In this document: positions 35,981 through 45,057 of the stretch, piece after piece | How positions within the stretch are numbered: the first letter of the stretch is position 1 | Layout of the letters: each line of letters opens with the position of its first letter | Origin: an uncultured Chloroflexia bacterium | GTDB lineage: Bacteria > Chloroflexota > Limnocylindria > Limnocylindrales > CSP1-4 | Direction of reading: 5' to 3' | NCBI GenBank assembly: GCA_963825545.1 | Contig: CAWGTR010000013.1 | Location: 31,660-95,659, forward strand | DNA: 64,000 nucleotides | The notes under the pieces: model-generated | What the model was told of the DNA's origin: nothing | Seen by the model: the letters and a program-made list of their open reading frames with translations, nothing else | Database searches by the model: none | Translations under genes and position numbers: made by a program

Positions 35981-37195
35981 TTGGCGCCCAACGGGCGTCT
36001 CGCGACCTCGCGACCCCCTCGCCCGCGGATCCCACCGCGGCTCCCCCTTCGCTCCCGGCCAATCCGTCTGCCGGCGCGATCGCCTCGGCGGCGCGTGCGC
36101 GCCGCGGGAAGCATTGCAGTGACCCTGATCGCCGCCGTGGCGGCGTTCGGCCCGTGGTCCGCGGAACCCGCCAGCGCAGCGACCGGCGACTACCTGGTGA
36201 TGCCGAAGTCGGAGCTGATGGCCCGCCCGACGTCCGGCTCGGCCTGGACGGCCCTCAAGGCCGTCGCCGACAGCACGTTCAGCAAGCCGAATCTGTGCAA
36301 CCAGAACTCTACCCATCATCTCCAGACGCTCGCCGCGGCGCTCGTCTTCGCCCGGACCGGCGTCGTCTCGTATGGCACGAAGGCCCGGGCCGCGATCATG
36401 GCGGCGCTGCCGACCCAGGTCGTCGGTTGCTCGAATGCCGTCCTGTCGCTCGGTCGGCAGCTCACCGCCTACGTCCTGGCCGCCGACCTGTCAGGGATGC
36501 GGCTGACGGGCAACGGACCGGCGTTCGCCAGCTGGCTGTCTGCGATCCGCACGAAGAAGATCGGCGGGCACTCGATCTGGACGTCGCTCAAGTACACCCA
36601 CGAGAACTCGCCGAACAACTGGGGTGCCTACGCCGGCGCCGCACGGATCGCCGCGGATCGCTACCTCGGTGACACGACCGACCTCGTGGCGGCGAGCAAG
36701 GTCACCCATGGCTTCCTCGGCGATCACGCGGTCTACGCGGGGTTCAACAAGAACCTGAGCTCGGAGAAGCTGTCCTGGTCGTGCTCCGGGAGCGTCACGA
36801 CCTACACGCCGGTGAACCCGGCCTGCGTGAAGAGCGGCATCAACGTGGACGGGGCCGTCGTCTCGGACATCAGTCGCGGCGGCTCGCTGCGATGGCCGCC
36901 GGCCGATCCCGGAATCCCATACCAGCTCGATGCGATCCAGGGGCTCGGACTTCAGGTCGAGCTCCTCTACCAGGCCGGCTACACCACCGCGTGGACCTGG
37001 GCGTCGAGCGCGCTGAAGCGGATGGCCGGGATCGTGACCCGGTCCGGTGCCTCCGGAGGAGCCGGCTGGAACGGCACGCTACCCGCCCGGCAGATGCCGT
37101 GGCTGCTCAACAAGCGGTATGGGCTCAGCCTGCCGACGGCCGCGTCCGGCATGGGCCGGGCCATCGGCTTCACCGACTGGCTGTACGGGCCGTAG
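35981..37195 (+). CDS. secreted alginate-lyase-like (alpha/alpha-toroid polysaccharide lyase) family protein
   Basis: Signal-like AVTLIAAVAAFGPWSAEPASA. The NSPNNWGAY region resembles alginate_lyase-family motifs. The real start is probably internal (GTG 36095). Confidence 0.5.
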   Translation: MAPNGRLATSRPPRPRIPPRLPLRSRPIRLPARSPRRRVRAAGSIAVTLIAAVAAFGPWSAEPASAATGDYLVMPKSELMARPTSGSAWTALKAVADSTFSKPNLCNQNSTHHLQTLAAALVFARTGVVSYGTKARAAIMAALPTQVVGCSNAVLSLGRQLTAYVLAADLSGMRLTGNGPAFASWLSAIRTKKIGGHSIWTSLKYTHENSPNNWGAYAGAARIAADRYLGDTTDLVAASKVTHGFLGDHAVYAGFNKNLSSEKLSWSCSGSVTTYTPVNPACVKSGINVDGAVVSDISRGGSLRWPPADPGIPYQLDAIQGLGLQVELLYQAGYTTAWTWASSALKRMAGIVTRSGASGGAGWNGTLPARQMPWLLNKRYGLSLPTAASGMGRAIGFTDWLYGP

Positions 37196-37223
37196 GCCGC
37201 GAGCTCGGGCCAATACCAACACG

Positions 37224-37261
37224 GCTGCCCGGCCCGGTTACTGAACACCGGGCCGGGCAGC
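37224..37261. terminator. 14-bp perfect stem / 10-nt loop hairpin between convergent genes
   Basis: gctgcccggcccgg ttactgaaca ccgggccgggcagc. Lies between stop 37195 (+) and stop 37326 (-). No U-tract on either side. Confidence 0.6.
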
Positions 37262-37325
37262 GAGCCCCCACTCGGGTTCGCGGGACGTGGCGTCCGAGTC
37301 CAGACACCACGCGCTCATGCCGGTC

Positions 37326-38444
37326 TCAGGGTGCCGTGCCCCACGCGGGACTGCCCGGGAAGTTGTCCGTGCCCGAGATCGGGTGCCAGATCACGACCGG
37401 ATCGGACCCGTCGGCGTTCATCACGACGACCGACACGAAATGCTCACCCGCGTGGTACTGGGTGAACGTGATCCGCGTCCCGTCGGGCGACCAGGTCGGT
37501 CCCCCATCGCCACTCGGGCTGGTCTCGTCGGTGAGGGACGCCAATCCGCTCCCGTCCGCGTTCACGACATGGATGTTGTGGCCGATCGCGGCACTCGCGG
37601 TATCGAGACTGCCGAACACGATCTTCGAGCCGTCCGGAGACCAGTGCGGCCCCGCCGGGTCGACGGACTCCGGCACGATCTCACGGAGTCCGTGGCCGTC
37701 GACCCCCACGATCTCGAGGGCGCCCTGCGCGTTGTCGCCGCGATCTCGGGCGAAGACCAGCTTCGTCCCGTCCGGCGAGAACGCCGGTGACTGGTCGCCG
37801 CCCGCCGAGAAGGCTCGAGGCGTGCTGGTGACTCGCCTGAGCTGACCGCCATCGGCATTCATGATCCAGATCCCCGTGAGGCGACCGCTGACGTCGAACC
37901 GACTGAACGCGATGCGCTTGCCGTCCGGGGAGACGACGGGTGAGTCGTCGAAGATGCCGCGGGAGACCGTCGTCAGGCGCTGTATCGAGCCACCGCTCGA
38001 GTCCATCGACGCGACGTACTGCGAGGTCGAGTCATCGCAGCCGGCCCGCGCCGGCAGCCCGACGCCGAGGACCATCCGATCGCCCGATGGCGTCCAGGCT
38101 GGGTCACGTTCGCAACCGGCCGTGAGGTGGGTCACCTCGACGAGGCCCGTTCCATCCGGCTCGATCGTGTCGATGTTCGTGGAGATGTTGCCGGTCGGGC
38201 CGGATGCGAGATTGAACGCGATCCTCCCGTGCGCCGGCAGCAAGGCGAGCGAGGACGAGGGGGCGGAGGACGCGGCCGTCGTCGGGATCGGACTCGCCGT
38301 CGAGCTCGAGGCTGCGCTCGGCGTCGCGGGCTGCGATGGAACCGACGGCGCGGGTGCTGAGCTCGTCGTCGCGGCACAACCGGCCACGACGATCGCGAGC
38401 AGCGACCCGATCCCTGCGCCACCACGCCTTCGCTCGATCTTCAT
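37326..38444 (-). CDS. TolB-like beta-propeller lipoprotein (PD40 repeats)
   Basis: ATG at 38444 overlaps the upstream stop (ATGA). Lipobox VVAGC. Repeated SPDG..I.F motifs (SPDGKRIAF, SPDGTKLVF, SPDGSKIVF, SPDGTRITF). Confidence 0.8.
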   Translation of the reverse strand: MKIERRRGGAGIGSLLAIVVAGCAATTSSAPAPSVPSQPATPSAASSSTASPIPTTAASSAPSSSLALLPAHGRIAFNLASGPTGNISTNIDTIEPDGTGLVEVTHLTAGCERDPAWTPSGDRMVLGVGLPARAGCDDSTSQYVASMDSSGGSIQRLTTVSRGIFDDSPVVSPDGKRIAFSRFDVSGRLTGIWIMNADGGQLRRVTSTPRAFSAGGDQSPAFSPDGTKLVFARDRGDNAQGALEIVGVDGHGLREIVPESVDPAGPHWSPDGSKIVFGSLDTASAAIGHNIHVVNADGSGLASLTDETSPSGDGGPTWSPDGTRITFTQYHAGEHFVSVVVMNADGSDPVVIWHPISGTDNFPGSPAWGTAP

Positions 38445-39700
38445 GGCGCCATCCCCCATCTCGCGGCCTGCGGGAAGTTGTCGGTGGCGGGCGTCGGGTG
38501 CCAGATCAGGACCGGATGGGAGCCATCCGACCGAATCGCGACGAGGGCCACGAAGGCGTCACCGCCGTGGAACTGGCTGAACACGATCATGGTTCCGTCG
38601 GGTGACCACGCGGGATCGCCGGCGGTGTCGGGGCCGATCTCGTGGGTCAGAGCGACCGAGCCGCTGCCATCCACGTTGACGACGCGGATGTTGCGGCCAA
38701 TCTCGGATCCCGGGAGGTCGCCTGTCCCGAACACGATCTGCGATCCGTCGGGCGACCAACGTGGCCGCTGGGCATGGCTGGACGCCGGGGTCACCTGGCG
38801 CTGGCCATGGCCGTCGATGCCAACGACCTGGATCGCTCCGCCGCCTTGATCGGTCGGGTCTCGCTCGAAGACGAGCATCGAACCGTCCGGCGAGAAGTCA
38901 GGCGAGCGATCGCCGCCGGTCGCAGATCGCGCCGCCGTGGTCACGCGGGTGACGTGGGTCCCATCGGCGCCCATGATCCAGATCCCCGTCAGCCGTCCGG
39001 TCGGGTCGAACCGATCGAACGCGATCCGCGAGCCATCGGGCGACACCACCGGATCGCCGTCGAAGACGTGGGCAGGAGGCGGCGCGAGCTCGTCGATGGA
39101 CCCCCCGTCCGGGCTCATTGCGACCAGGTGACTCGCGGTCGCGTTCACACAGGAGCTGCCGTTCGGAAGCGACTCGTCGAAGACGACCCGGTCGCCGGAC
39201 GGCGTCCACGCTGGGTCCTGCTCACACCCGCTGACGACGTCGGTGAGCATGCGCAGGCCGGTACCGTCGGGCTCGATCGTCAGGATATTGCTGTTGTTTC
39301 CTGTCTTCCCGAACGACATGCCGAAGGCGATCCGATCATGCGACGGAAGCCCGTTGCCGCTGATCGTCGGTGAGGGGCTGGTTGAAGGCGAGGTGGATGG
39401 CGATGCGCTGGCCGCGACGCTGCGCAACGGACTTGGCGGACCGCCCACGATGGCCGGACTGACGATCGGGACGAGATAGGCCAGGCCGACGACGATCGCG
39501 ACCAGAGCCGCGACTCCCGCGAGCAGACGAGGTGACGCATGCGCCGGCCGGGTCATCCGCGGGATGCGAGCGACGGCCCGTCGTTGGGGGATGGCCGGGA
39601 AGGCGGCCAGGACCGAGGCGAGGATCTCATCCGACGCCGCGGTCGGGCCCTCCTCAAGCCAATCCGCGAGGCGCTCCTCGAACGCCGTACGGGTGGTCAT
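38441..39700 (-). CDS. anti-sigma-factor-like protein: cytoplasmic N-domain, TM, TolB-like beta-propeller
   Basis: ATG at 39700 overlaps the sigma stop (ATGA). MTTRTAFEERLADWLEEGP.., TM LLAGVAALVAIVVGLAYL, S/P linker, then PD40-type repeats paralogous to the 37326-38444 product. Confidence 0.75.
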   Translation of the reverse strand: MTTRTAFEERLADWLEEGPTAASDEILASVLAAFPAIPQRRAVARIPRMTRPAHASPRLLAGVAALVAIVVGLAYLVPIVSPAIVGGPPSPLRSVAASASPSTSPSTSPSPTISGNGLPSHDRIAFGMSFGKTGNNSNILTIEPDGTGLRMLTDVVSGCEQDPAWTPSGDRVVFDESLPNGSSCVNATASHLVAMSPDGGSIDELAPPPAHVFDGDPVVSPDGSRIAFDRFDPTGRLTGIWIMGADGTHVTRVTTAARSATGGDRSPDFSPDGSMLVFERDPTDQGGGAIQVVGIDGHGQRQVTPASSHAQRPRWSPDGSQIVFGTGDLPGSEIGRNIRVVNVDGSGSVALTHEIGPDTAGDPAWSPDGTMIVFSQFHGGDAFVALVAIRSDGSHPVLIWHPTPATDNFPQAARWGMAP

Positions 39701-40248
39701 GCGGTCCACTCCTTGGATGTCCTCGGACGCGCATCGGCCTCGAGGGCGACACGTAGCTGCCGCGTCGCGTAGTGCAGCCGGGACCTGGCGGTCCCGACGG
39801 GGATCCCGAGGGTCGCGGCGACTTCGGTGAGCGGATACCCGAGGTAGTGGTGGAGCACGACGACGGTCCGCTGCTCCGGAGTCAACCGCCGGAAGCCACG
39901 CTCGAGCTCGTCGCGGTCGGCGAGTGCGATCGCCATGTCCGGTTCGGTCGATACGTTTGGCGCGATCAGGCGCACCCGACCCACCCAACGCCGGTCGCCC
40001 CGTGCCTCCGCGTAGCAGGCATGGACGACCAGGCGATAGAGCCAGGCCTCGAATCGGTCAGGATCACGGAGTCTCGGCAGGTCGCGCCACGCTCCGAGGA
40101 GCGCCCGCTGCGTGGCGTCCTGTGCCCGATGGACGTCACGCAGGATCCGGTAGGCGAGGGCGTAACAGCGATCGACGTGCGCGGCGGCGAGCGTGGCGAA
40201 GGCGTCTTCGTCACCTCGACTCGCCCGCTCTACGAGATCGGACTGCAT
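39697..40248 (-). CDS. ECF-type RNA polymerase sigma factor
   Basis: Region 2 (DATQRALLGAWRDLPRLRDPDRFEAWLYRLVVH) and region 4 (LTPEQRTVVVLHHYLGYPLTEVAATLGIPVGTARSRLHYA). Start is ATG 40248 or GTG 40287. Confidence 0.9.
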   Translation of the reverse strand: MQSDLVERASRGDEDAFATLAAAHVDRCYALAYRILRDVHRAQDATQRALLGAWRDLPRLRDPDRFEAWLYRLVVHACYAEARGDRRWVGRVRLIAPNVSTEPDMAIALADRDELERGFRRLTPEQRTVVVLHHYLGYPLTEVAATLGIPVGTARSRLHYATRQLRVALEADARPRTSKEWTA

Positions 40249-40347
40249 CTGGGCCCCATCCCAGGGGTGGCCGTCTGACCGCCTCACCGAGTATGGAGCC
40301 GCCGCGTCGGGAAACGTTCAATGTCGCCCCACGGGGCGTGGAGCGGT

Positions 40348-42393
40348 CTAGCCGACCGCTCCGGCTGCCCTGATCGCGTCGACGGCCAATGGGTTCTCGA
40401 GGGCGGACGTGTCGCCCGGGTCAAGTCCGAGCCAGGCGGCGCGGGCGACCCGGCGCATGACCTTGCCGCTCCGGGTCCGTGGCAGGTCGGGTACCGCGAC
40501 GACGGTCTTCGGGCGCACCGGCTTGCCCAGGTCGTGGACGACGAGCTGGGCGACCTCGCGCGCGATCGTCTCGTCCCAGGCGGATCCCGGCCGGGGCACG
40601 CACAGGACGACGATCGCCTCGCCCTTGAGCTCGTCGGGGACCCCGATGGCGGCCGCGGCGGCGACCGCCGGATGGGCGACGGCGCAGGCCTCGACCTCCG
40701 CCGGGCCGACCCGCTTGCCGGCCACCTTGAGCGTGTCGTCGGACCGGCCGTGGATGTACCAGAAGCCGTCCGCGTCGGTCGCCGCCCAGTCGCCGTGGAT
40801 CCACATGCCGGCGTGCCGGCTCCAGTAGGTCTCGAGGTAGCGCTCGTCCCCGGGCTCCCCCCAGAAGCCGCGGGTGATGCCCGGCCACGGGGCCCGCAGC
40901 GCGAGCTCGCCGACCGCCCCGCGAATGGACCGCCCGGCCGGGTCGACGATGTCGGCGGCCATCCCGATGCACGGGCCGTTGAAGCTCGTCGGGCGGATCG
41001 GCCGGAGGAGCGAGCAGCCGACGATCCCGCCGCCGATCTCTGTCCCGCCCGAGTAGTTGACAATCGGCAGCCGGCCGCCCCCGACGACGTCGAAGCACCA
41101 GCGCCACGGGTCGGGGTTCCAGGGCTCGCCGGTCGACCCGATGACTCGGAGCGAGCCGAGGTCGTGGTCCCGCACGGGCGCCTCGCCGTGGACCCGGAGC
41201 GCGCGGATGAGCGTCGGGCTCACGCCGAAGTGGGTGATCCGATGACGCGCCACCAGCGACCACAGGCGGCCGGCGTCGGGCCAGTCGGGCGCGCCCTCGT
41301 ACATGACCAGCCGGGATCCGAGGAGGAGCGCTCCGCTGATCGCCCACGGGCCCATCATCCAGCCGAGGTCGGTGAACCAGCACAGCGCGTCGCCGGCGCG
41401 CAGGTCGAAGGTGTGGGCCAGGTCCTGCGCCGCCTTGATCGGGAAGCCGCCGTGGACGTGGACCGTGCCCTTCGGCTGGCCGGTGGTGCCCGAGGTGTAG
41501 ATCACCATGTACGGCGCCTCGGGGTCGGTGGCCGGGACGGGCGCAGCGTCGGCGGCCGCCGCCTCGGGATCGGGCGGCACGTCCGCGGTCGCGGCGGCCC
41601 AGTCGACGTCCCGCCCGGCCCGGTCCGTCGTCGCGAGCACCGCCTGGCCGAGCCGGCGGACCACGACGACCGTGCGCACACTTGGCGCGCCGTCGACCGC
41701 CTCGTCGGCGATCGCCTTGAGCGGAACGATCGCCCCGCGCCTCAGGAAGCCGTCGGCGGTGATCAGATGGGTCGCCTCGAACGCTTCCAACCGGGCGGCG
41801 ATCGCCGGCGCAGCGTAGCCGCTGAAGATCGGCGTGAAGATCGCCCGGAGCCGGCCGAGGGCGAGGACCGCGATCGCCGTCTCGGGCAGCATCGGCAGGA
41901 GGATCCCGACCCGGGATCCCTGCCCCACGCCGAGCTCCGCGAGGTGCCGGGCGGCGACCCGGACCGCCCGGTCGAGCTCAGCCCAGGTGTAACGCCGGAC
42001 GACCCCGTCCTCTCCCTCCCAGTCCATCGCCGCGTCGGCGGGTCGCGTGGCGGCCCACGGCTCGGTGGCCGCGACGGCGTGGTTGAACGCGCCGCCCGAC
42101 CACCAGCGGGCGCGGGCGGGTCCGCCGGCCAGGTCGAGCGTCGCAGTCGGCCGCCGCTGCCAGGCGATCGCGAGGTCGTCGGCCGCGGCGCCCCAGAACC
42201 AGCCGGGGTCCTCGACCGCGCGCGCCTGGACCTGCTCGAGGCCGTCCCGGCTCGGGTCGCCCGCGGTCCGGGTGCCGGTCTCGGCGGCGAGCGCCGAGCG
42301 CACGAACCGGGCCAACCGGGCGTCGGCCAGGTCCGTCGCCGACGGCTGCCAGGGCGCCTCGCTGCCCGGTCGGGCGAAGGCTCGGTCGGTCAT
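40348..42393 (-). CDS. AMP-dependent synthetase/ligase (acetoacetyl-CoA / acetyl-CoA synthetase-like)
   Basis: 681 aa. AMP-binding motif MVIYTSGTTGQPKG, plus GYWMMGP-like GWMMGPW, TGD...DGFWYIHGRSDDTLKVAG and PRTRSGKVMRR. Confidence 0.85.
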   Translation of the reverse strand: MTDRAFARPGSEAPWQPSATDLADARLARFVRSALAAETGTRTAGDPSRDGLEQVQARAVEDPGWFWGAAADDLAIAWQRRPTATLDLAGGPARARWWSGGAFNHAVAATEPWAATRPADAAMDWEGEDGVVRRYTWAELDRAVRVAARHLAELGVGQGSRVGILLPMLPETAIAVLALGRLRAIFTPIFSGYAAPAIAARLEAFEATHLITADGFLRRGAIVPLKAIADEAVDGAPSVRTVVVVRRLGQAVLATTDRAGRDVDWAAATADVPPDPEAAAADAAPVPATDPEAPYMVIYTSGTTGQPKGTVHVHGGFPIKAAQDLAHTFDLRAGDALCWFTDLGWMMGPWAISGALLLGSRLVMYEGAPDWPDAGRLWSLVARHRITHFGVSPTLIRALRVHGEAPVRDHDLGSLRVIGSTGEPWNPDPWRWCFDVVGGGRLPIVNYSGGTEIGGGIVGCSLLRPIRPTSFNGPCIGMAADIVDPAGRSIRGAVGELALRAPWPGITRGFWGEPGDERYLETYWSRHAGMWIHGDWAATDADGFWYIHGRSDDTLKVAGKRVGPAEVEACAVAHPAVAAAAAIGVPDELKGEAIVVLCVPRPGSAWDETIAREVAQLVVHDLGKPVRPKTVVAVPDLPRTRSGKVMRRVARAAWLGLDPGDTSALENPLAVDAIRAAGAVG

Positions 42394-42497
42394 TGCCCAA
42401 GCGTACCCGGACCGACCCGCCGCGACCGCGACGGCCCCCCGGATCTCGGTCGGCTGGTACCATGCCCCTCCCCGCTCCGGGCCCAGACGGAGGTTCC

Positions 42498-43553
42498 ATG
42501 CCCCTCGCCATCGAAGCCGTCGGCCTCACGAAGTCGTACGGCTCCGTCCATGCCCTCGCCGGGATCGACCTCAGCGTCGAGGAAGGCACCGTCCTCGGGT
42601 TGCTCGGCCCGAACGGCGCCGGGAAGACGACCGCGGTTCGGATCCTGACCACGCTCCTGTCGCCGGACGGCGGCCGGGCGACCGTCGCCGGCTACGACGT
42701 CATCCGCGAGTCGAGCGCGCTGCGCAGCGTGATCGGCCTGACCGGCCAGTTCGCCGCCATCGACGGCAACCTGACCGGGCGCGAGAACCTCGTCCTGGTC
42801 GGCCGGCTGTACCACATGGACGTCGCCGAGGTGCGGACCCGGGCCGCCGACCTCCTCGAGCGGTTCGAGCTGAGCGAGGCCGCCGACCGGCCGGCCCGGA
42901 CCTACTCGGGCGGGATGAAGCGCCGGCTCGACCTGGCCGCGAGCCTGGTCGGCCACCCGCGGGTGCTGTTCCTCGACGAGCCGACGACCGGTCTCGACCC
43001 TCGTAGCCGGATCGCCCTGTGGGATGTCATCGCCGGCCTCGTCGCCGAGGGGACCACGATCCTGCTCACGACCCAGTACCTCGAGGAGGCCGACCGGCTG
43101 GCCGACAAGATCGCGGTCATCGACCTCGGCAAGGTGATCGCCGAGGGCACCCAGGACGAGCTCAAGTCGATGATCGGCGGCGAGGTCGTCGAGATCGGCC
43201 TGACGAAGGTCGCCGACCGGGCCGGGGACCTCGATCGAGTCCTCGGACTGCTGCGCGATCTCGCCTCGGCGGAGCCGATCCTCGATCACGAGGCGCACGC
43301 GATCCGCCTCCCGGTCGAGGGCGGCGCGTCGATCCTCGCCGAGGCCGTCCGCCGGCTCGACGGCGCCGGGCTGGCGGTCAGCGAGCTGAGCCTCCACCGA
43401 CCGACGCTCGACGACGTGTTCCTGACCCTGACCGGCCACCACGCCGAGGGCGGTGCCGAGCCCGGGAACGGCGCCGAGCCCGGCGGACCGGTGGGTCCGG
43501 CCGGCCGGCCGATCGACCGCCGCGGTCCGCGTCCCGGGGGGACCCCGACGTGA
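42498..43553 (+). CDS. DrrA-type ABC transporter ATP-binding protein
   Basis: ATG at 42498 after GGAGG. GPNGAGKTT, YSGGMKRRLDLA, LFLDEPTTGLD. An alternative ATG lies at 42462. Confidence 0.9.
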   Translation: MPLAIEAVGLTKSYGSVHALAGIDLSVEEGTVLGLLGPNGAGKTTAVRILTTLLSPDGGRATVAGYDVIRESSALRSVIGLTGQFAAIDGNLTGRENLVLVGRLYHMDVAEVRTRAADLLERFELSEAADRPARTYSGGMKRRLDLAASLVGHPRVLFLDEPTTGLDPRSRIALWDVIAGLVAEGTTILLTTQYLEEADRLADKIAVIDLGKVIAEGTQDELKSMIGGEVVEIGLTKVADRAGDLDRVLGLLRDLASAEPILDHEAHAIRLPVEGGASILAEAVRRLDGAGLAVSELSLHRPTLDDVFLTLTGHHAEGGAEPGNGAEPGGPVGPAGRPIDRRGPRPGGTPT

Positions 43554-44362
43554 GCGCGACGACCCGGCCGGTCGCGTCACGGCCCCGGCGGGCGCCCATC
43601 TACTGGACCTTCGCCGACTCGGCCGCGGTCACCCAGCGGAACCTGCTCCAGTACGTCCGCATCCCACAGCTGCTCGTGTTCTCGACGATCCAGCCGGTGA
43701 TGTTCGTGCTCCTGTTCGTGTTCGTGTTCGGCGGTGCCATCGCCGCGTCGGTCCCCGGCGGGAACTACGTCAACTTCCTGATGCCCGGGATCTTCGTCCA
43801 GACCGCCGTCTTCGGGGCGACCGCGACCGGGGTCGGGCTTGCGGAGGACCTCGGGCGCGGAATGATCGACCGCTTCCGGTCGCTGCCGATGGCGCGCTCG
43901 GCGGTGCTCGCGGGACGGACCTTCGCCGACCTGATCCGGAATGCCTTCGTCGTCCTGCTCATGACCGTGGTCGGCGTCCTGGTCGGCTTCGCGCCGCTCA
44001 GCGGCGGCCTGCCCGCCTACCTGCTGCTCCTGGTGATCGTCGTCCTGTTCGGCTACGCGTTCAGCTGGATCTCGGCGCTCATCGGCCTGCTGGTCAAGGA
44101 CACCGAGTCGGTCCAGGCCGCCGGGTTCATCTGGATCTTCCCGCTGACGTTCGTGTCGAGCGCCTTCGTGCCGGTCGCGACGTTCCCGTCCTGGCTCCAG
44201 CCGATCGCCGAGATCAACCCGGTGACGGTGACCGTCAACGCCTGCCGGACGCTGCTGACCGGGACGGCCACCATCGACACGATCCTCCCGCCGCTGTTCT
44301 GGATCGCGCTCATCCTGGTGGTCTTCGTCCCGCTCGCCGTCCGCGCCTACCGCCGCGTCTGA
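43550..44362 (+). CDS. ABC-2-type (DrrB-like) transporter permease
   Basis: GTG at 43550 overlaps the upstream TGA (GTGA). Six hydrophobic segments. RFRSLPM motif typical of ABC-2 permeases. Confidence 0.9.
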   Translation: MSATTRPVASRPRRAPIYWTFADSAAVTQRNLLQYVRIPQLLVFSTIQPVMFVLLFVFVFGGAIAASVPGGNYVNFLMPGIFVQTAVFGATATGVGLAEDLGRGMIDRFRSLPMARSAVLAGRTFADLIRNAFVVLLMTVVGVLVGFAPLSGGLPAYLLLLVIVVLFGYAFSWISALIGLLVKDTESVQAAGFIWIFPLTFVSSAFVPVATFPSWLQPIAEINPVTVTVNACRTLLTGTATIDTILPPLFWIALILVVFVPLAVRAYRRV

Positions 44363-45057
44363 CGCGGACCGGGCCGCGGGCCGCGCCGGCGGCGGGACCG
44401 GCGGTCGCCGCGCAGGCCGAGGCTCAGCCAGCCGACGAGGACCGCGCCGAGCAGCCCGGCCACGCCGACGCCGGCGATCTCGGGTGGACCCGCCGCGCTC
44501 GGTGCGGGTGAAGGGCCATGGCCGTCGATCCCGCGCAGGTAGTTGACCAGGTTCCAGCGGTCCGTCTCCGACAGCTGGGCGGCCCAGGCCGGCATCCCGC
44601 CCGGGATCCCGTCGGAGATCCAGGTGAAGATGTCGGCGTCGCTGTGGGTCAGCAGGTGGCCGCTCCGCAGGTTGGCCGGCGGGAGCTGGGTCGTGCCGGC
44701 GTCGGGCCCGCCGCCGAGCGCGTCGACGCCGTGGCAGCGCGCGCAGTTCGCCTGGTAGAGGACCGCTCCGGCATCGACCGAGGCGACGGTGTCGGGGATC
44801 GGGTTGGCCCCGACGCCGTCCGACCCGCTCGGCCCGAGGACCGCGGCGAGCAGGAGCACGAGACCGGCGACGCCGCTGAGCACCGCCCCGATCCGCGCAA
44901 TGCTCGCGGCGCCGGGCCGGCGCAGGCGGAGGTACCAGGCGATGCCTCCGAGCAGGATGGCGACCGCGGCCAGCTGGATCCCGACAACGAGCCCGACGGT
45001 GATCCCGCCGCCCGGCGTCACCGGCGACGCCGAGAGGAGCGGCCCGGCGGGGATCAT
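44347..45057 (-). CDS. membrane-anchored mono-haem c-type cytochrome
   Basis: CARCH haem-binding motif with a downstream Met (GGMPAW). TM helices flank the domain. Confidence 0.8.
   Translation of the reverse strand: MIPAGPLLSASPVTPGGGITVGLVVGIQLAAVAILLGGIAWYLRLRRPGAASIARIGAVLSGVAGLVLLLAAVLGPSGSDGVGANPIPDTVASVDAGAVLYQANCARCHGVDALGGGPDAGTTQLPPANLRSGHLLTHSDADIFTWISDGIPGGMPAWAAQLSETDRWNLVNYLRGIDGHGPSPAPSAAGPPEIAGVGVAGLLGAVLVGWLSLGLRGDRRSRRRRGPRPGPRQTRR

Noticed and set aside
40330-40340. 11-mer CACGGGGCGTG near one ECF sigma gene, with its reverse complement at 51971-51981 near the other
   Set aside because: It is short and GC-rich. The orientations relative to the genes are opposite and the positions differ (upstream of the -35 in one case, inside the 5' UTR in the other). 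I cannot separate this from chance without a genome-wide count.
40321-42648. 775-aa plus-strand ORF
   Set aside because: It is antisense to the AMP-dependent synthetase, which has the YTSGTTGQPKG motif. Only its last part overlaps the real DrrA gene, and in another frame.
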